NCBI GenBank assembly: GCA_963708055.1
Contig: OY970193.1
Span: forward strand, 5,135,869 to 5,199,868
Length of the DNA stretch: 64,000 bases
DNA from: an uncultured Acidobacteriota bacterium
GTDB taxonomy: Bacteria > Acidobacteriota > Blastocatellia > Pyrinomonadales > Pyrinomonadaceae
Reading direction: 5' to 3'
Of this stretch, positions 30,713 through 40,450 are shown one piece after another. The notes beneath the pieces were generated by a model. The model had not been told where the DNA came from. It saw only the letters and a list, made by a program, of their open reading frames with translations, and did not search any database. The translations under genes and the position numbers were made by a program. How positions within the stretch are numbered: the stretch's first letter is position 1; each line of letters starts with the position of its first letter.

Positions 30713-32241
30713 TTTGCTGAAGTAGAGCGAGCTTGCGAACGCAAGCCGGCGTTTCTGCCCGCCATTTTCCAGCGATTCGGAATCGTGCTGGTCTTAGTTG
30801 ACGAAGAACCTTGCTGTCGCAACGCGAAACTCAGTCCGGCAGCTATCGCCGCGAGATCGCTCTCGATCTGCGTATCCGGTTTCACTTGCAAAGCATGACG
30901 CTCGTTGAACCTTGCGATGAAGCCGGTATCGAGCCGAGCGGAAATAAACTCTTCGTCTCTTACAACGTCGCGGAAAAACGGCAGCGTCGTCGTGATACCC
31001 GTCACTTCATATTCAGCGAGGGCGCGCTTCAAGCGATCGATAGCTTCATCACGCGTGCGTCCCCAAACAGCGAGTTTGGCAATCATCGGGTCGTAATGAA
31101 TTGAAACTTCCGAGAGACGCGTCACGCCACTGTCGATCCTGATCCCTGGTCCAGCAGGTTCGTGTAGATGCGTGATCGTGCCGGGACTCGGAAAGAAATT
31201 GTTAGCCGGATCTTCGGCGTAGATGCGGCATTCGATTGCATGTCCCTGCCACTGCACCTCATCCTGTGTGAACGACAAACGCTCACCACTCGCCACCAGA
31301 AATTGTTCGCGCACCAGATCGCGACCGGTTACGAGTTCCGTCACCGGATGTTCAACCTGGAGTCGCGTATTCATTTCGAGAAAGTAAAACTCGCGGGTAG
31401 CGTCGGCGAGAAGAAATTCGACTGTGCCGGCGCCGGTGTAATTCACGGCGCGCCCAATCTTGACCGCCTCCTCACCCATGCGTCGGCGCAAGTCGGGATC
31501 GTTGATCGGGGAAGGGCACTCTTCGATCACTTTCTGATGCCGGCGTTGAATGGAACACTCGCGTTCGCCGAGGTGGACCACATTGCCGTGAGCGTCGGCG
31601 AAGATCTGAATCTCGATATGACGCGGTCTTTCGACTGCTTTTTCGAGATAAAGAGAGGAATCAGCAAAAGCCGCGGCCGCTTCGGTTTGGGCCGTTTCAA
31701 ACGCTGAACGAAGCTCGCTGCTGTCGGCGACGAGGCGCATGCCTTTGCCGCCGCCTCCGGCTGCTGCTTTCAACATCACCGGATAGCCAAACTTTTCAGC
31801 GGTCGCGCTTGCTTCCTCGAATGAAGCCAGCGGTTCAACAGTTCCCGGAACGATTGGCACGCCCGCTTCAGTTGCCGCGCGGCGCGCGCTCGTCTTCGAG
31901 CCCATGATCTCCATTGCCTCAGCCGTTGGACCAATAAACGTGAGACCGGCATTGCTAACCGCGCGCGCGAACTCAGCGCTCTCCGCCAGAAAACCGTAAC
32001 CCGGATGCACGGCCTCGGCGTTAACTGCTTTAGCGGCTTTGACAATCGCGTCGATTTTCAGGTAACTCTCACTCGACTGCGCTGGTCCAACACAAACGGC
32101 TTCATCAGCCATCCGCACGTGCAAACTCTCGACGTCTGCTTCCGAATAGATCGCGACAGCACGAATGCCCAACTCGCGACAACTGCGAATGATGCGGACG
32201 GCGATTTCGCCACGGTTAGCGATCAGAACTTTACGAAACAT
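30697..32241 (-). CDS. accC: acetyl/propionyl-CoA carboxylase biotin carboxylase subunit
   Basis: MFRKVLIANRGEIAVRIIRS N-terminus at ATG 32241. ATP-grasp motifs present. 514 aa, including the start of a BT-like segment. Confidence 0.92.
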   Translation of the reverse strand: MFRKVLIANRGEIAVRIIRSCRELGIRAVAIYSEADVESLHVRMADEAVCVGPAQSSESYLKIDAIVKAAKAVNAEAVHPGYGFLAESAEFARAVSNAGLTFIGPTAEAMEIMGSKTSARRAATEAGVPIVPGTVEPLASFEEASATAEKFGYPVMLKAAAGGGGKGMRLVADSSELRSAFETAQTEAAAAFADSSLYLEKAVERPRHIEIQIFADAHGNVVHLGERECSIQRRHQKVIEECPSPINDPDLRRRMGEEAVKIGRAVNYTGAGTVEFLLADATREFYFLEMNTRLQVEHPVTELVTGRDLVREQFLVASGERLSFTQDEVQWQGHAIECRIYAEDPANNFFPSPGTITHLHEPAGPGIRIDSGVTRLSEVSIHYDPMIAKLAVWGRTRDEAIDRLKRALAEYEVTGITTTLPFFRDVVRDEEFISARLDTGFIARFNERHALQVKPDTQIESDLAAIAAGLSFALRQQGSSSTKTSTIPNRWKMAGRNAGLRSQARSTSAKWRQS

Positions 32242-32257
32242 TTTTTGTTTAGGTGTT

Positions 32258-32375
32258 TGCCTTGGTACTTCGTACTTTGTACTTGGTTCTTGGCAGAAAG
32301 ACCAAGTACTAAGCACAAAGTACTAAGCACAAAGTACCAAGCACAAAGCACAAAATACCAAGCCCAAAGCACCAA
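32258..32375. repeat. family E-related hairpin/tandem array (gcacaaagtac[ct]aa words)
   Basis: Left arm is tgccttggtacttcgtactttgtacttggttcttggc. The right side is gaccaagtactaagcacaaagtactaagcacaaagtaccaagcacaaagcacaaaataccaagc, with three 14-nt tandem units. Confidence 0.88.
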
Positions 32376-32377
32376 TC

Positions 32378-32665
32378 TCACACCACAATCGAATTCGCTG
32401 GTTGCCGCGGATCGTAACGCACGACGATCTGCTTTCCGGGGGCATAGTCGTTCGAACGCTCTTGCTGGCGCAAGCTGAGCGTTTGCGAGGATTCATATTG
32501 AACCCCGGCAAGAATGTAGGTGTACGTTACCTGGGAGATGCGACCTTCGTTGTCCGAAACTGCGTCGATGATGCGGCCGTCAGTCATGCGACCGGTCTTC
32601 GAGAGACGCTCAATTCGTGAGGCTTCGTCTTCAGTGCGTTTACGGAAACGATCGAGAAACGACAT
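32378..32665 (-). CDS. small hypothetical protein (DUF3592-like beta domain, no TM)
   Basis: 95 aa. Lies 7 nt downstream of the preceding gene. The pattern ...VTYTY...G..Y.S.......Y..G..I.V.YDP..P..S resembles DUF3592 (from memory). Confidence 0.5.
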   Translation of the reverse strand: MSFLDRFRKRTEDEASRIERLSKTGRMTDGRIIDAVSDNEGRISQVTYTYILAGVQYESSQTLSLRQQERSNDYAPGKQIVVRYDPRQPANSIVV

Positions 32666-32672
32666 TGAGTCG

Positions 32673-33584
32673 CTATGGTTTCAATGCTCCTGCCGAGACC
32701 GAACTGCCGACGCCGCCTTTGGCAACGTCAGACTGTTTCATGACCATGCCGTCACGCACGATCCAGTCATCTTCAGTGTTGGTGATTTTGTCTTCACCCG
32801 CAAGCCGGAACTGGTAGCTGGTAAACGCCAGGCCGCCGGTCGGGGTGTCGTCGGTTTCAAGCGGGAATGATGCTTTCTGAATGGTCACCCGGCGCATTGG
32901 GCGCGGTTTTTCAGTGGTAACTGCCGCAAATTCGGCACTCGGATAATATGAGCCAGGAGTGATACTGCCGAGTGCGGCTGCCAGCGACCCGTCAGGATCC
33001 GGAAGACGTACCAGCAGATCATTGAGTTCGGCCGGATAAGTCTGATACTTGATCTTGTATTCAGCTAAAGCCTTCTCGATCACGTAGCCATTTACGCGGA
33101 TGGCCGCTTCTTTTGCCAATCTGCGGTGTTGCAAACGCGCCGGTACAGTCACGCCGATCAGCACCGCGAGCAACATCGCCACCGTCGCAGTAGCAATCAG
33201 TCCACGACGCGCGTACTTAAGTCCACAAAACCTCTCCGGTTGCAGACGGATGGACCGGTACAGTTTTCTTCCAAACCAGAGCGCAACGAACAAAATCGGA
33301 ATCGAGATCCACTTCAAACGCCAGGCAGCAGTTTCGCCCGCAGCCACCCAGGACCAGAAGCCCCAGTCACCAGCAGCGCGTTGGAAAAACGCGACTATCG
33401 TTTGCACGAGAAAAATCAGGACTGCCAATGAACCGGTGACAGTTAAAACTAATGACCGTCCATAGGATGGGAGTTGGTGGGCTGGTTTGGGAAGCGGCTC
33501 GCCGACGGCGCGTGCGCCACATTGTTTGCAACCACTGCTCAAGGCGCCGTGGAATTTAGAGCCGCAGCACGGACAGGTAGTCAA
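32673..33584 (-). CDS. zinc-ribbon membrane protein with pseudopilin-like C-terminal domain
   Basis: CPCCGSKF...CKQCG ribbon. About 4 TM segments. The following AKEAAIRVNGYVIEKALAEYKIKYQTYPAELNDLL resembles the GspG/pseudopilin core. Confidence 0.6.
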   Translation of the reverse strand: MTTCPCCGSKFHGALSSGCKQCGARAVGEPLPKPAHQLPSYGRSLVLTVTGSLAVLIFLVQTIVAFFQRAAGDWGFWSWVAAGETAAWRLKWISIPILFVALWFGRKLYRSIRLQPERFCGLKYARRGLIATATVAMLLAVLIGVTVPARLQHRRLAKEAAIRVNGYVIEKALAEYKIKYQTYPAELNDLLVRLPDPDGSLAAALGSITPGSYYPSAEFAAVTTEKPRPMRRVTIQKASFPLETDDTPTGGLAFTSYQFRLAGEDKITNTEDDWIVRDGMVMKQSDVAKGGVGSSVSAGALKP

Positions 33585-33604
33585 GCTTTTACCTCAATTA
33601 ATTT

Positions 33605-33747
33605 CCAATTGCCGATTGCCAATTCTTTAATTGCCGATTTCCAATTGCCGATGGCCGATTTGCGAATCTCGTTCGGCACTGCCTTTGGCCGTCGAAGCCA
33701 CGCTTTTTACCGGATCAATTGGCAATTGGCAATCGGCACTTGGCAAT
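33605..33747. repeat. family B inverted heptad arrays with a 55-nt spacer
   Basis: The left array ccaattgccgattgccaatt...ttgccgatttccaattgccgatggccgatt spans 33605-33660. The right array caattggcaattggcaatcggcacttggcaat spans 33716-33747. It overlaps the last ~40 codons of the 33627-34367 CDS. Confidence 0.9.
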
Positions 33748-34367
33748 GATGTTTTGGTCAGTTCGCGCCACGTGTGATACATGCGGTGGGCGAAGGTCCA
33801 ATAAGAGCCAACAGCAAGCACCCAGAGAACGGCCGGCATGCGGTTGGCAAAGTAATTAGTCGAATTTGGAAACGTACTGAGCGCGCCGATGATAAAGAGT
33901 ACAACCCGCTCTGGGCGCCGCAAAAAGCCCACGTCACATTTGGGAATGAGGCTCTCTGCTCGGGCGCTCGCGTAGCTTACCATAACCGAGCCCATTAGTC
34001 CGGCGCCCGCGAGAAAAACATTAAGAGTGGAGTGCCACTCAGTATCGCGAGCGTAAAAGACCATCAGGCCCACAAAAACCACCATGTCCGAGAGGCGGTC
34101 CAACGAAGAGTCAAGAAAGCCTCCAAACCGTGTCACACGGCCGGAAAGACGGGCCACCTGGCCATCGAGCATGTCAAAAAGATTGGCGACAATCAGGGTA
34201 ATACCGGCATAGAAAAACATGCCCATCCCAAAGAGAAGACCGCAACCGACGTTTAAAGAGACGCCGATAACGGTCAAAATATTGGGATTGATATGTCCCA
34301 TGGCGAGCCAGCGAACAATCGCGTCGATGATTCGCTGCGCTCCACGTCCGATACTAGCCCCGAACAT
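33627..34367 (-). CDS. CDP-alcohol phosphatidyltransferase family protein
   Basis: The D(x)2DG(x)2AR...G(x)3D(x)3D motif is present (FDMLDGQVARLSGRVTRFGGFLDSSLDRLSD). The C-terminal ~40 aa are encoded by the family B repeat. Confidence 0.85.
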   Translation of the reverse strand: MFGASIGRGAQRIIDAIVRWLAMGHINPNILTVIGVSLNVGCGLLFGMGMFFYAGITLIVANLFDMLDGQVARLSGRVTRFGGFLDSSLDRLSDMVVFVGLMVFYARDTEWHSTLNVFLAGAGLMGSVMVSYASARAESLIPKCDVGFLRRPERVVLFIIGALSTFPNSTNYFANRMPAVLWVLAVGSYWTFAHRMYHTWRELTKTSLPSADCQLPIDPVKSVASTAKGSAERDSQIGHRQLEIGN

Positions 34368-34427
34368 CTGTTAGGTTCGTTTCTCCTCGCTGCATTATGC
34401 CCTAGGCAGCGGCCGGGTTAAAAGGTT

Positions 34428-34477
34428 ATCCACAGATTACACAGATTCATTTATAGAAATCTGTGTAATCTGTGGAT
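34428..34477. repeat. family C hairpin (perfect 20-nt arms, 10-nt loop) downstream of greA
   Basis: atccacagattacacagatt (34428-34447) pairs with aatctgtgtaatctgtggat (34458-34477). Confidence 0.97.
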
Positions 34478-34507
34478 GAACAGTCTCAATCCAAGGGATC
34501 TACCCCA

Positions 34508-34987
34508 TTACTTCGCTTCAAGTTCGTCGTGTAACGTACGCAACTGCCGGATCTCAAAGTTCCGTGCCCCTGAGGGTGTTCGGACCACCACTTCGTCGCC
34601 TTCCTGCTTGCCCATCAGACTTCTGCCGACCGGTGAGGTGGTTGAAATCAGCCCCTGTGGCGGATCACTTTCCTCGGGCGTCACGAGCCGATACGTAACT
34701 TCCTCGTCCTTTTCACTATCAAATAACACCAGGGTCGAGCCATACGACGCCTTATCACGCGGCACTTTATTGGGATCAATCGACGTGATTTCACTGATTC
34801 TCTGCCGCAATTCCACGATCCGGGCCTTCACCACGTTTTGCCGGTCGAGCGCGGCGCGATACTCCGAGTTCTCCCGCAGATCGCCAAATTCAAGCGCGCG
34901 CTTAATCTCTTTCGGCAAATGAATGCGCAGTTCTGATTCCAGTTCGTCGAGTTCGCCCTGGAGTTTTTCCTTGATTGCCTGTGACAC
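34508..34987 (-). CDS. greA: transcription elongation factor GreA
   Basis: 159 aa with an N-terminal coiled coil. ...GDLRENSEY.AA...Q......I..L and the C-terminal S..SP.G..L.G motif are present. Confidence 0.93.
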   Translation of the reverse strand: MSQAIKEKLQGELDELESELRIHLPKEIKRALEFGDLRENSEYRAALDRQNVVKARIVELRQRISEITSIDPNKVPRDKASYGSTLVLFDSEKDEEVTYRLVTPEESDPPQGLISTTSPVGRSLMGKQEGDEVVVRTPSGARNFEIRQLRTLHDELEAK

Positions 34988-35066
34988 CGCTCAATTCCTT
35001 TTCCGGCAAGCCATACGGCCAAGCCTCAACTAGCTGGCAACTACAATGCCAACTGTGGTGCAAACT

Positions 35067-36179
35067 TCATAGTTGTTTATGATAACTGGCCTCGTCAGGA
35101 GCACCAAAGCTGATTCCGGTATCGCGGGCGGTCCGGACCAACTGCCCATTAGGAGGCACTGTCTTGATTCCCTTAATCGCCTCCGTGAGGGGAACGGTGA
35201 CGACGTCTCCTGCCTGTAAAGCGACCATTACGCCCGTTTCACCTTTTGAAAGTGCACGAACGGCGGTTGAACCATAGTTCGTTGCGAGCATCCGGTCAAA
35301 CGCATTGGGCCGGCCACCTCGTTGCAGGTGTCCCAACACTACGCATCGAGTTTCCCGGCCGGTAAGGCTTTCGAGATCCTGTTGCAGGTGTTGGCCAATG
35401 CCGCCCAGCCGGGGTGCACGAAGTCCATCACCCTTGTCTTGATAAACTAGCTCGTGCCCGATCTCGATAGCGCCTTCGGCGACCACGATGATACTAAAAT
35501 TCGATCCACTGCGATCCCGGGCGCGGATTTTTTCTGCTACGACCTCGATTGAAAATGGAATCTCCGGGATCAGGATCACATCCGCTCCACCGGCGATGCC
35601 CGAATGCAGCGCGATCCATCCGGCATGCCGTCCCATTACTTCGAGGATCATCACGCGATCGTGTGATTCGGCCGTCGTATGCAAACGATCGAGCGCTTCG
35701 GTGGCGATATCGAGAGCTGTGACAAAGCCGAACGTCAGTTCCGTACACGTGAGATCGTTATCGATGGTCTTGGGAACACCACACACCGGAGTGCCGCGTT
35801 TATCAAACTCCGCGGCGATTGTGAGTGTGCCTTCACCACCCAGTACCACGAGCGCGTCGATACCAACAATCTTCATGTTGGAGATCGCTTCCTGGTAAAC
35901 ACTTTCCACGTCTCTCGCGGTGCCTTCGCAGGCGCGCTCTACAAAGTGCCCGCGATTGCGTGTGCCGAGAATAGTGCCGCCGCGTGGCAATAGCCCGCGC
36001 ACGTCGCTCGGCGATAGCAGCCTGGTTCGTGTCTCGCCCAGTAGACCCTCGAAACCGTCTTCAATACCGATGACGCGCATGCCGTATTCGCACGTGGCAG
36101 TTTTGACCACGGCGCGAATTACAGCGTTCAAACCAGGTGCGTCACCGCCGCCTGTCAGGATTCCAATCGTTCCAAACAT
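35067..36179 (-). CDS. pfkA: 6-phosphofructokinase (PfkA family)
   Basis: GILTGGGDAPGLNA, GGEGT and PKTIDNDL motifs. Confidence 0.9.
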   Translation of the reverse strand: MFGTIGILTGGGDAPGLNAVIRAVVKTATCEYGMRVIGIEDGFEGLLGETRTRLLSPSDVRGLLPRGGTILGTRNRGHFVERACEGTARDVESVYQEAISNMKIVGIDALVVLGGEGTLTIAAEFDKRGTPVCGVPKTIDNDLTCTELTFGFVTALDIATEALDRLHTTAESHDRVMILEVMGRHAGWIALHSGIAGGADVILIPEIPFSIEVVAEKIRARDRSGSNFSIIVVAEGAIEIGHELVYQDKGDGLRAPRLGGIGQHLQQDLESLTGRETRCVVLGHLQRGGRPNAFDRMLATNYGSTAVRALSKGETGVMVALQAGDVVTVPLTEAIKGIKTVPPNGQLVRTARDTGISFGAPDEASYHKQL

Positions 36180-36199
36180 AGGCCAAGTTTAACACTGCT

Positions 36200-36214
36200 A
36201 ATTGCCGATTGGCA
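36200..36214. repeat. isolated family B half-site
   Basis: aattgccgattggca lies in the pfkA upstream region. No inverted partner seen. Confidence 0.4.
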
Positions 36215-36247
36215 TTCTTTCAAAACTGTCGTAGCATACCAACAAAA

Positions 36248-36520
36248 ATGGAAATCGATGACGACGCAAAAGAGATAGTTCGCGAGATTGGTACTGCGAT
36301 CAACGAATCGGTTGAGAATTCGACGAAGGTTGCAGAAGCCATTGAGCGTCTGCGCGAAGCCGGATATGAAATGGAACTAACACTTCGGCTCGAGATTGGC
36401 CTCAGACCTCACGCCGGAGATGACGACGAACCCTCGCTTGAAAACGCCGACCTCGATCTTACTGAAGAAGATCTCCAGGTGCTTCAGCGAATGAAGATCC
36501 GGATCGACCCGGAAAAATAG
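36248..36520 (+). CDS. small acidic hypothetical protein (90 aa)
   Basis: ATG 36248 (MEIDDDAKEIV...). Helical and Glu/Asp-rich. The stop TAG overlaps the start of the downstream hairpin. Confidence 0.5.
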   Translation: MEIDDDAKEIVREIGTAINESVENSTKVAEAIERLREAGYEMELTLRLEIGLRPHAGDDDEPSLENADLDLTEEDLQVLQRMKIRIDPEK

Positions 36521-36608
36521 CCACAGATTACACGGATAAAACGCGGATCAAATTTCTTATTAGTTCTGATCTGTGTTTATCCGTGTAATCTGTGGCTGCT
36601 TTTTGTGG
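36519..36608 (+). terminator. family C long hairpin plus T-run (terminator-like)
   Basis: agccacagattacacggataaaacgcggatca (36519-36550) pairs with tgatctgtgtttatccgtgtaatctgtggct (36567-36597). It is followed by gcTTTTTgtgg. Confidence 0.7.
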
Positions 36609-36644
36609 TTCTTTGCGGCCTGTGGTATCTTATCCAGCTTTTAA

Positions 36645-38225
<1,581 letters not shown>

Positions 38226-38230
38226 GAGTT

Positions 38231-38638
38231 ATGGCGGAAAAGATTCAACTCGAAGTTGTAACTCCGGAGCGACGCGTTCTGGCCGAGCCGGTCGACATGG
38301 TGACGGTGCCGGGATTGGGTGGCGAACTGGGAATTCTCCCGGGGCACACGCCTTTGATCTCGCAGCTTCAAACTGGCGTGTTGACGTACGTGCAGGACGG
38401 GAAGAGTGCTTCGATGCATGTCTCGGGCGGCTTTGTTGAGGTGCGGGACGATCACGTGGCAGTGTTGGCGGAAGTCGCCGAGCGCCCCGATGAGATCGAC
38501 GCCGCTCGCGCGAAGCTGTCGCGTGACAAGCTCGAGAAGCAGTTGAGCGGCTGGACCGGAAGCGAAGAGGATTTCGAGACTACTAAGATGAAGCTTGATC
38601 GGTCGGTTGTCAGACTCCAGCTAGCTTCAGGTCGTTAA
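38231..38638 (+). CDS. atpC: F1 ATP synthase epsilon subunit
   Basis: 135 aa, 5 nt after atpD. Has the ...V.VP...GE.GILPGH.PL pattern. Confidence 0.93.
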   Translation: MAEKIQLEVVTPERRVLAEPVDMVTVPGLGGELGILPGHTPLISQLQTGVLTYVQDGKSASMHVSGGFVEVRDDHVAVLAEVAERPDEIDAARAKLSRDKLEKQLSGWTGSEEDFETTKMKLDRSVVRLQLASGR

Positions 38639-38645
38639 AGGGGAT

Positions 38646-38737
38646 TTCTCACGCAGCGACGCAACGGCGCAGCGAAAGCCATCAAGGAACAACTACATTG
38701 ATGGTTTCCGCTGCGCCGTTGCGTCGCTGCGTGAGAA
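38646..38737. repeat. family G long hairpin (40-nt arms) between convergent atpC and pdxJ
   Basis: ttctcacgcagcgacgcaacggcgcagcgaaagccatcaa (38646-38685) pairs with ttgatggtttccgctgcgccgttgcgtcgctgcgtgagaa (38698-38737). Two mismatches. Confidence 0.93.
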
Positions 38738-38740
38738 AAC

Positions 38741-39490
38741 CTATTCGTTACTGATCGCCGCACGCATTTCTTTCACTGCCTGGTCCAACCCAACAAATAT
38801 TGCACGCGCCACGATGTTATGGCCGATGTTGAACTCGCTGATCTGCTTGATCTGCGCCACCGCCCCGACGTTTCGGTAAGTCAGCCCGTGCCCCGCCGCG
38901 ACGCTCAATCCGTACTGCATCGCCAGCTCTGCACCTTCTCTCAACCGTCGTAACTCGTGCGCGGCGTGCGCGGCCCCTTCGCCATGAATACTGCGCGCCC
39001 CGAGTGTCGCTTCAGCATAAGCCGCGGTGCACAATTCCACCTGTTGCGCGCCGACATTATGAGCAGCTTCGATCTGTTCCGAATCCGGATCGATAAACAA
39101 GCTCGCGAGGATATTTCCCATTCGCAACTTCGACACGGTAGCACGAACGATCGCGATGTTTGTCTTAACATCGAGACCACCCTCCGTGGTTATTTCGTTC
39201 GGGTTTTCCGCCACGAGCGTGACCGCATCAGGTTTAGCTCCGATTGCAATCCCCAGCATCTCTTCCGTCGCCGCCATCTCGACGTTCAGATAAGTCGTCA
39301 CTGATTTGCGCAGCAGTTCGATATCGAGATCCTGAATGTGCCGGCGATCACCGCGCAGGTGCACGGTTATGCCATCCACGCCGGCTTGTTCACACGCCAT
39401 CGCGGCTGCCAGAACACTGGGCTCGGGCGCGCGCCGCGCTTGTCGCACAGTTGCGACGTGATCGATGTTGACGTTGAGTCGAGCAGTCAT
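38741..39490 (-). CDS. pdxJ: pyridoxine 5'-phosphate synthase
   Basis: L.VNIDHVATVRQAR....P and GITVHLR.DRRHI motifs. Confidence 0.94.
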   Translation of the reverse strand: MTARLNVNIDHVATVRQARRAPEPSVLAAAMACEQAGVDGITVHLRGDRRHIQDLDIELLRKSVTTYLNVEMAATEEMLGIAIGAKPDAVTLVAENPNEITTEGGLDVKTNIAIVRATVSKLRMGNILASLFIDPDSEQIEAAHNVGAQQVELCTAAYAEATLGARSIHGEGAAHAAHELRRLREGAELAMQYGLSVAAGHGLTYRNVGAVAQIKQISEFNIGHNIVARAIFVGLDQAVKEMRAAISNE

Positions 39491-39507
39491 GTTGGGAATT
39501 ATAGAGA

Positions 39508-40281
39508 TTAAACGCTGCGCTTCAACTCGTGCACAGCCCGAATGGCCGTGTCGTAAACGCCGCGCCGCGCCTGCTGCCGGATCAGGCCCACTTCGTTCAC
39601 CATTTTAAAGCTGTCGCTGAACAAAGCGATCTTGCTGCCTTCGTTGTGGTCCCAACGAACCGGAATCTCCTTGAGATTCAAACCGGCGCGAAAAGCGAGA
39701 TACAGCAGTTCGACGTCAAATCCAAACCGGTCAATGGTGGCAGCTTCCACGAGCGGCCGACATACACTCATGCGAAAAGCTTTGAATCCGCACTGTGTAT
39801 CCCAGAACGGTAAACCGGTTGCGACGCGCACGACCAGATTGAAAACGCGTCCGCCCTGCTCGCGTCGCCATGGTTGATGCACACCGATCAGTTTGCGATC
39901 GAGTGCTCGCGATCCGAAGGTCAAATCGCATTGTCCGTTCAGGATCGGTTCGACGAGCTTTGGAGTTTCGGTGATCGGCGTTGAGAGATCGGCGTCGGAG
40001 AAGAGCGTAACGTCACCGCGGGCGGCTAACAGACCCAGCCGGACGGCTCTGCCTTTGCCTAAATTTGATTTGTAACTGATGACCGAGGTACGCACGGGCC
40101 CGGAATCGCTAAGGGCCTCTCGTGCGATGTTTGCTGTGTGGTCTGATGAGCCGTCGTCGACGATGATTAATTCCGATTCCGGCCAGCTTTGACGCAAGTA
40201 GTCGACTGCCGCCCGCAAGGTGTTTCCGAGTCGGGTCGCCTCGTTATAAGCGGGAATAACTACCGAAAGAGACGCGGACAT
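39508..40281 (-). CDS. family 2 glycosyltransferase (dolichyl-phosphate glucosyltransferase-like)
   Basis: LSVVIPAYNE...IIVDDGSSD...DADL motifs. Confidence 0.85.
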   Translation of the reverse strand: MSASLSVVIPAYNEATRLGNTLRAAVDYLRQSWPESELIIVDDGSSDHTANIAREALSDSGPVRTSVISYKSNLGKGRAVRLGLLAARGDVTLFSDADLSTPITETPKLVEPILNGQCDLTFGSRALDRKLIGVHQPWRREQGGRVFNLVVRVATGLPFWDTQCGFKAFRMSVCRPLVEAATIDRFGFDVELLYLAFRAGLNLKEIPVRWDHNEGSKIALFSDSFKMVNEVGLIRQQARRGVYDTAIRAVHELKRSV

Positions 40282-40310
40282 GTTTTTGGTGCACTATAAC
40301 ACAGACCTTG

Positions 40311-40397
40311 ATTGCCAATTGCCGATTGTCGATTGCCAAATTTAAGGCCCGGGCAAAGACCTTATTAATTGGCATTTGGCAATCGGCAATTGGCAAT
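40311..40397. repeat. family B hairpin in a divergent promoter region
   Basis: attgccaattgccgattgtcgattgccaaattt (40311-40343) pairs with aattggcatttggcaatcggcaattggcaat (40367-40397). Confidence 0.92.
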
Positions 40398-40450
40398 CTA
40401 ACGAGACACCGCACTCCAAGGAGGCCCGCTCGGTGTGGTATATTTTGGTC

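Noticed and set aside
30697-30800. Possible frameshifted fusion gene, with BC and BCCP as a broken PccA/MccA-like single chain. The BCCP reading frame stays open ~25 codons upstream of its GTG, and that stretch contains an RRL motif reminiscent of the BT domain.
   Set aside because: The sizes (514 aa and 169 aa) match the natural two-gene BC/BCCP arrangement known from archaea and some bacteria. The 16-nt overlap with a GTG start is typical translational coupling. The similarity supporting a fusion is only 3 residues. It could be revisited by aligning to fused PccA proteins.
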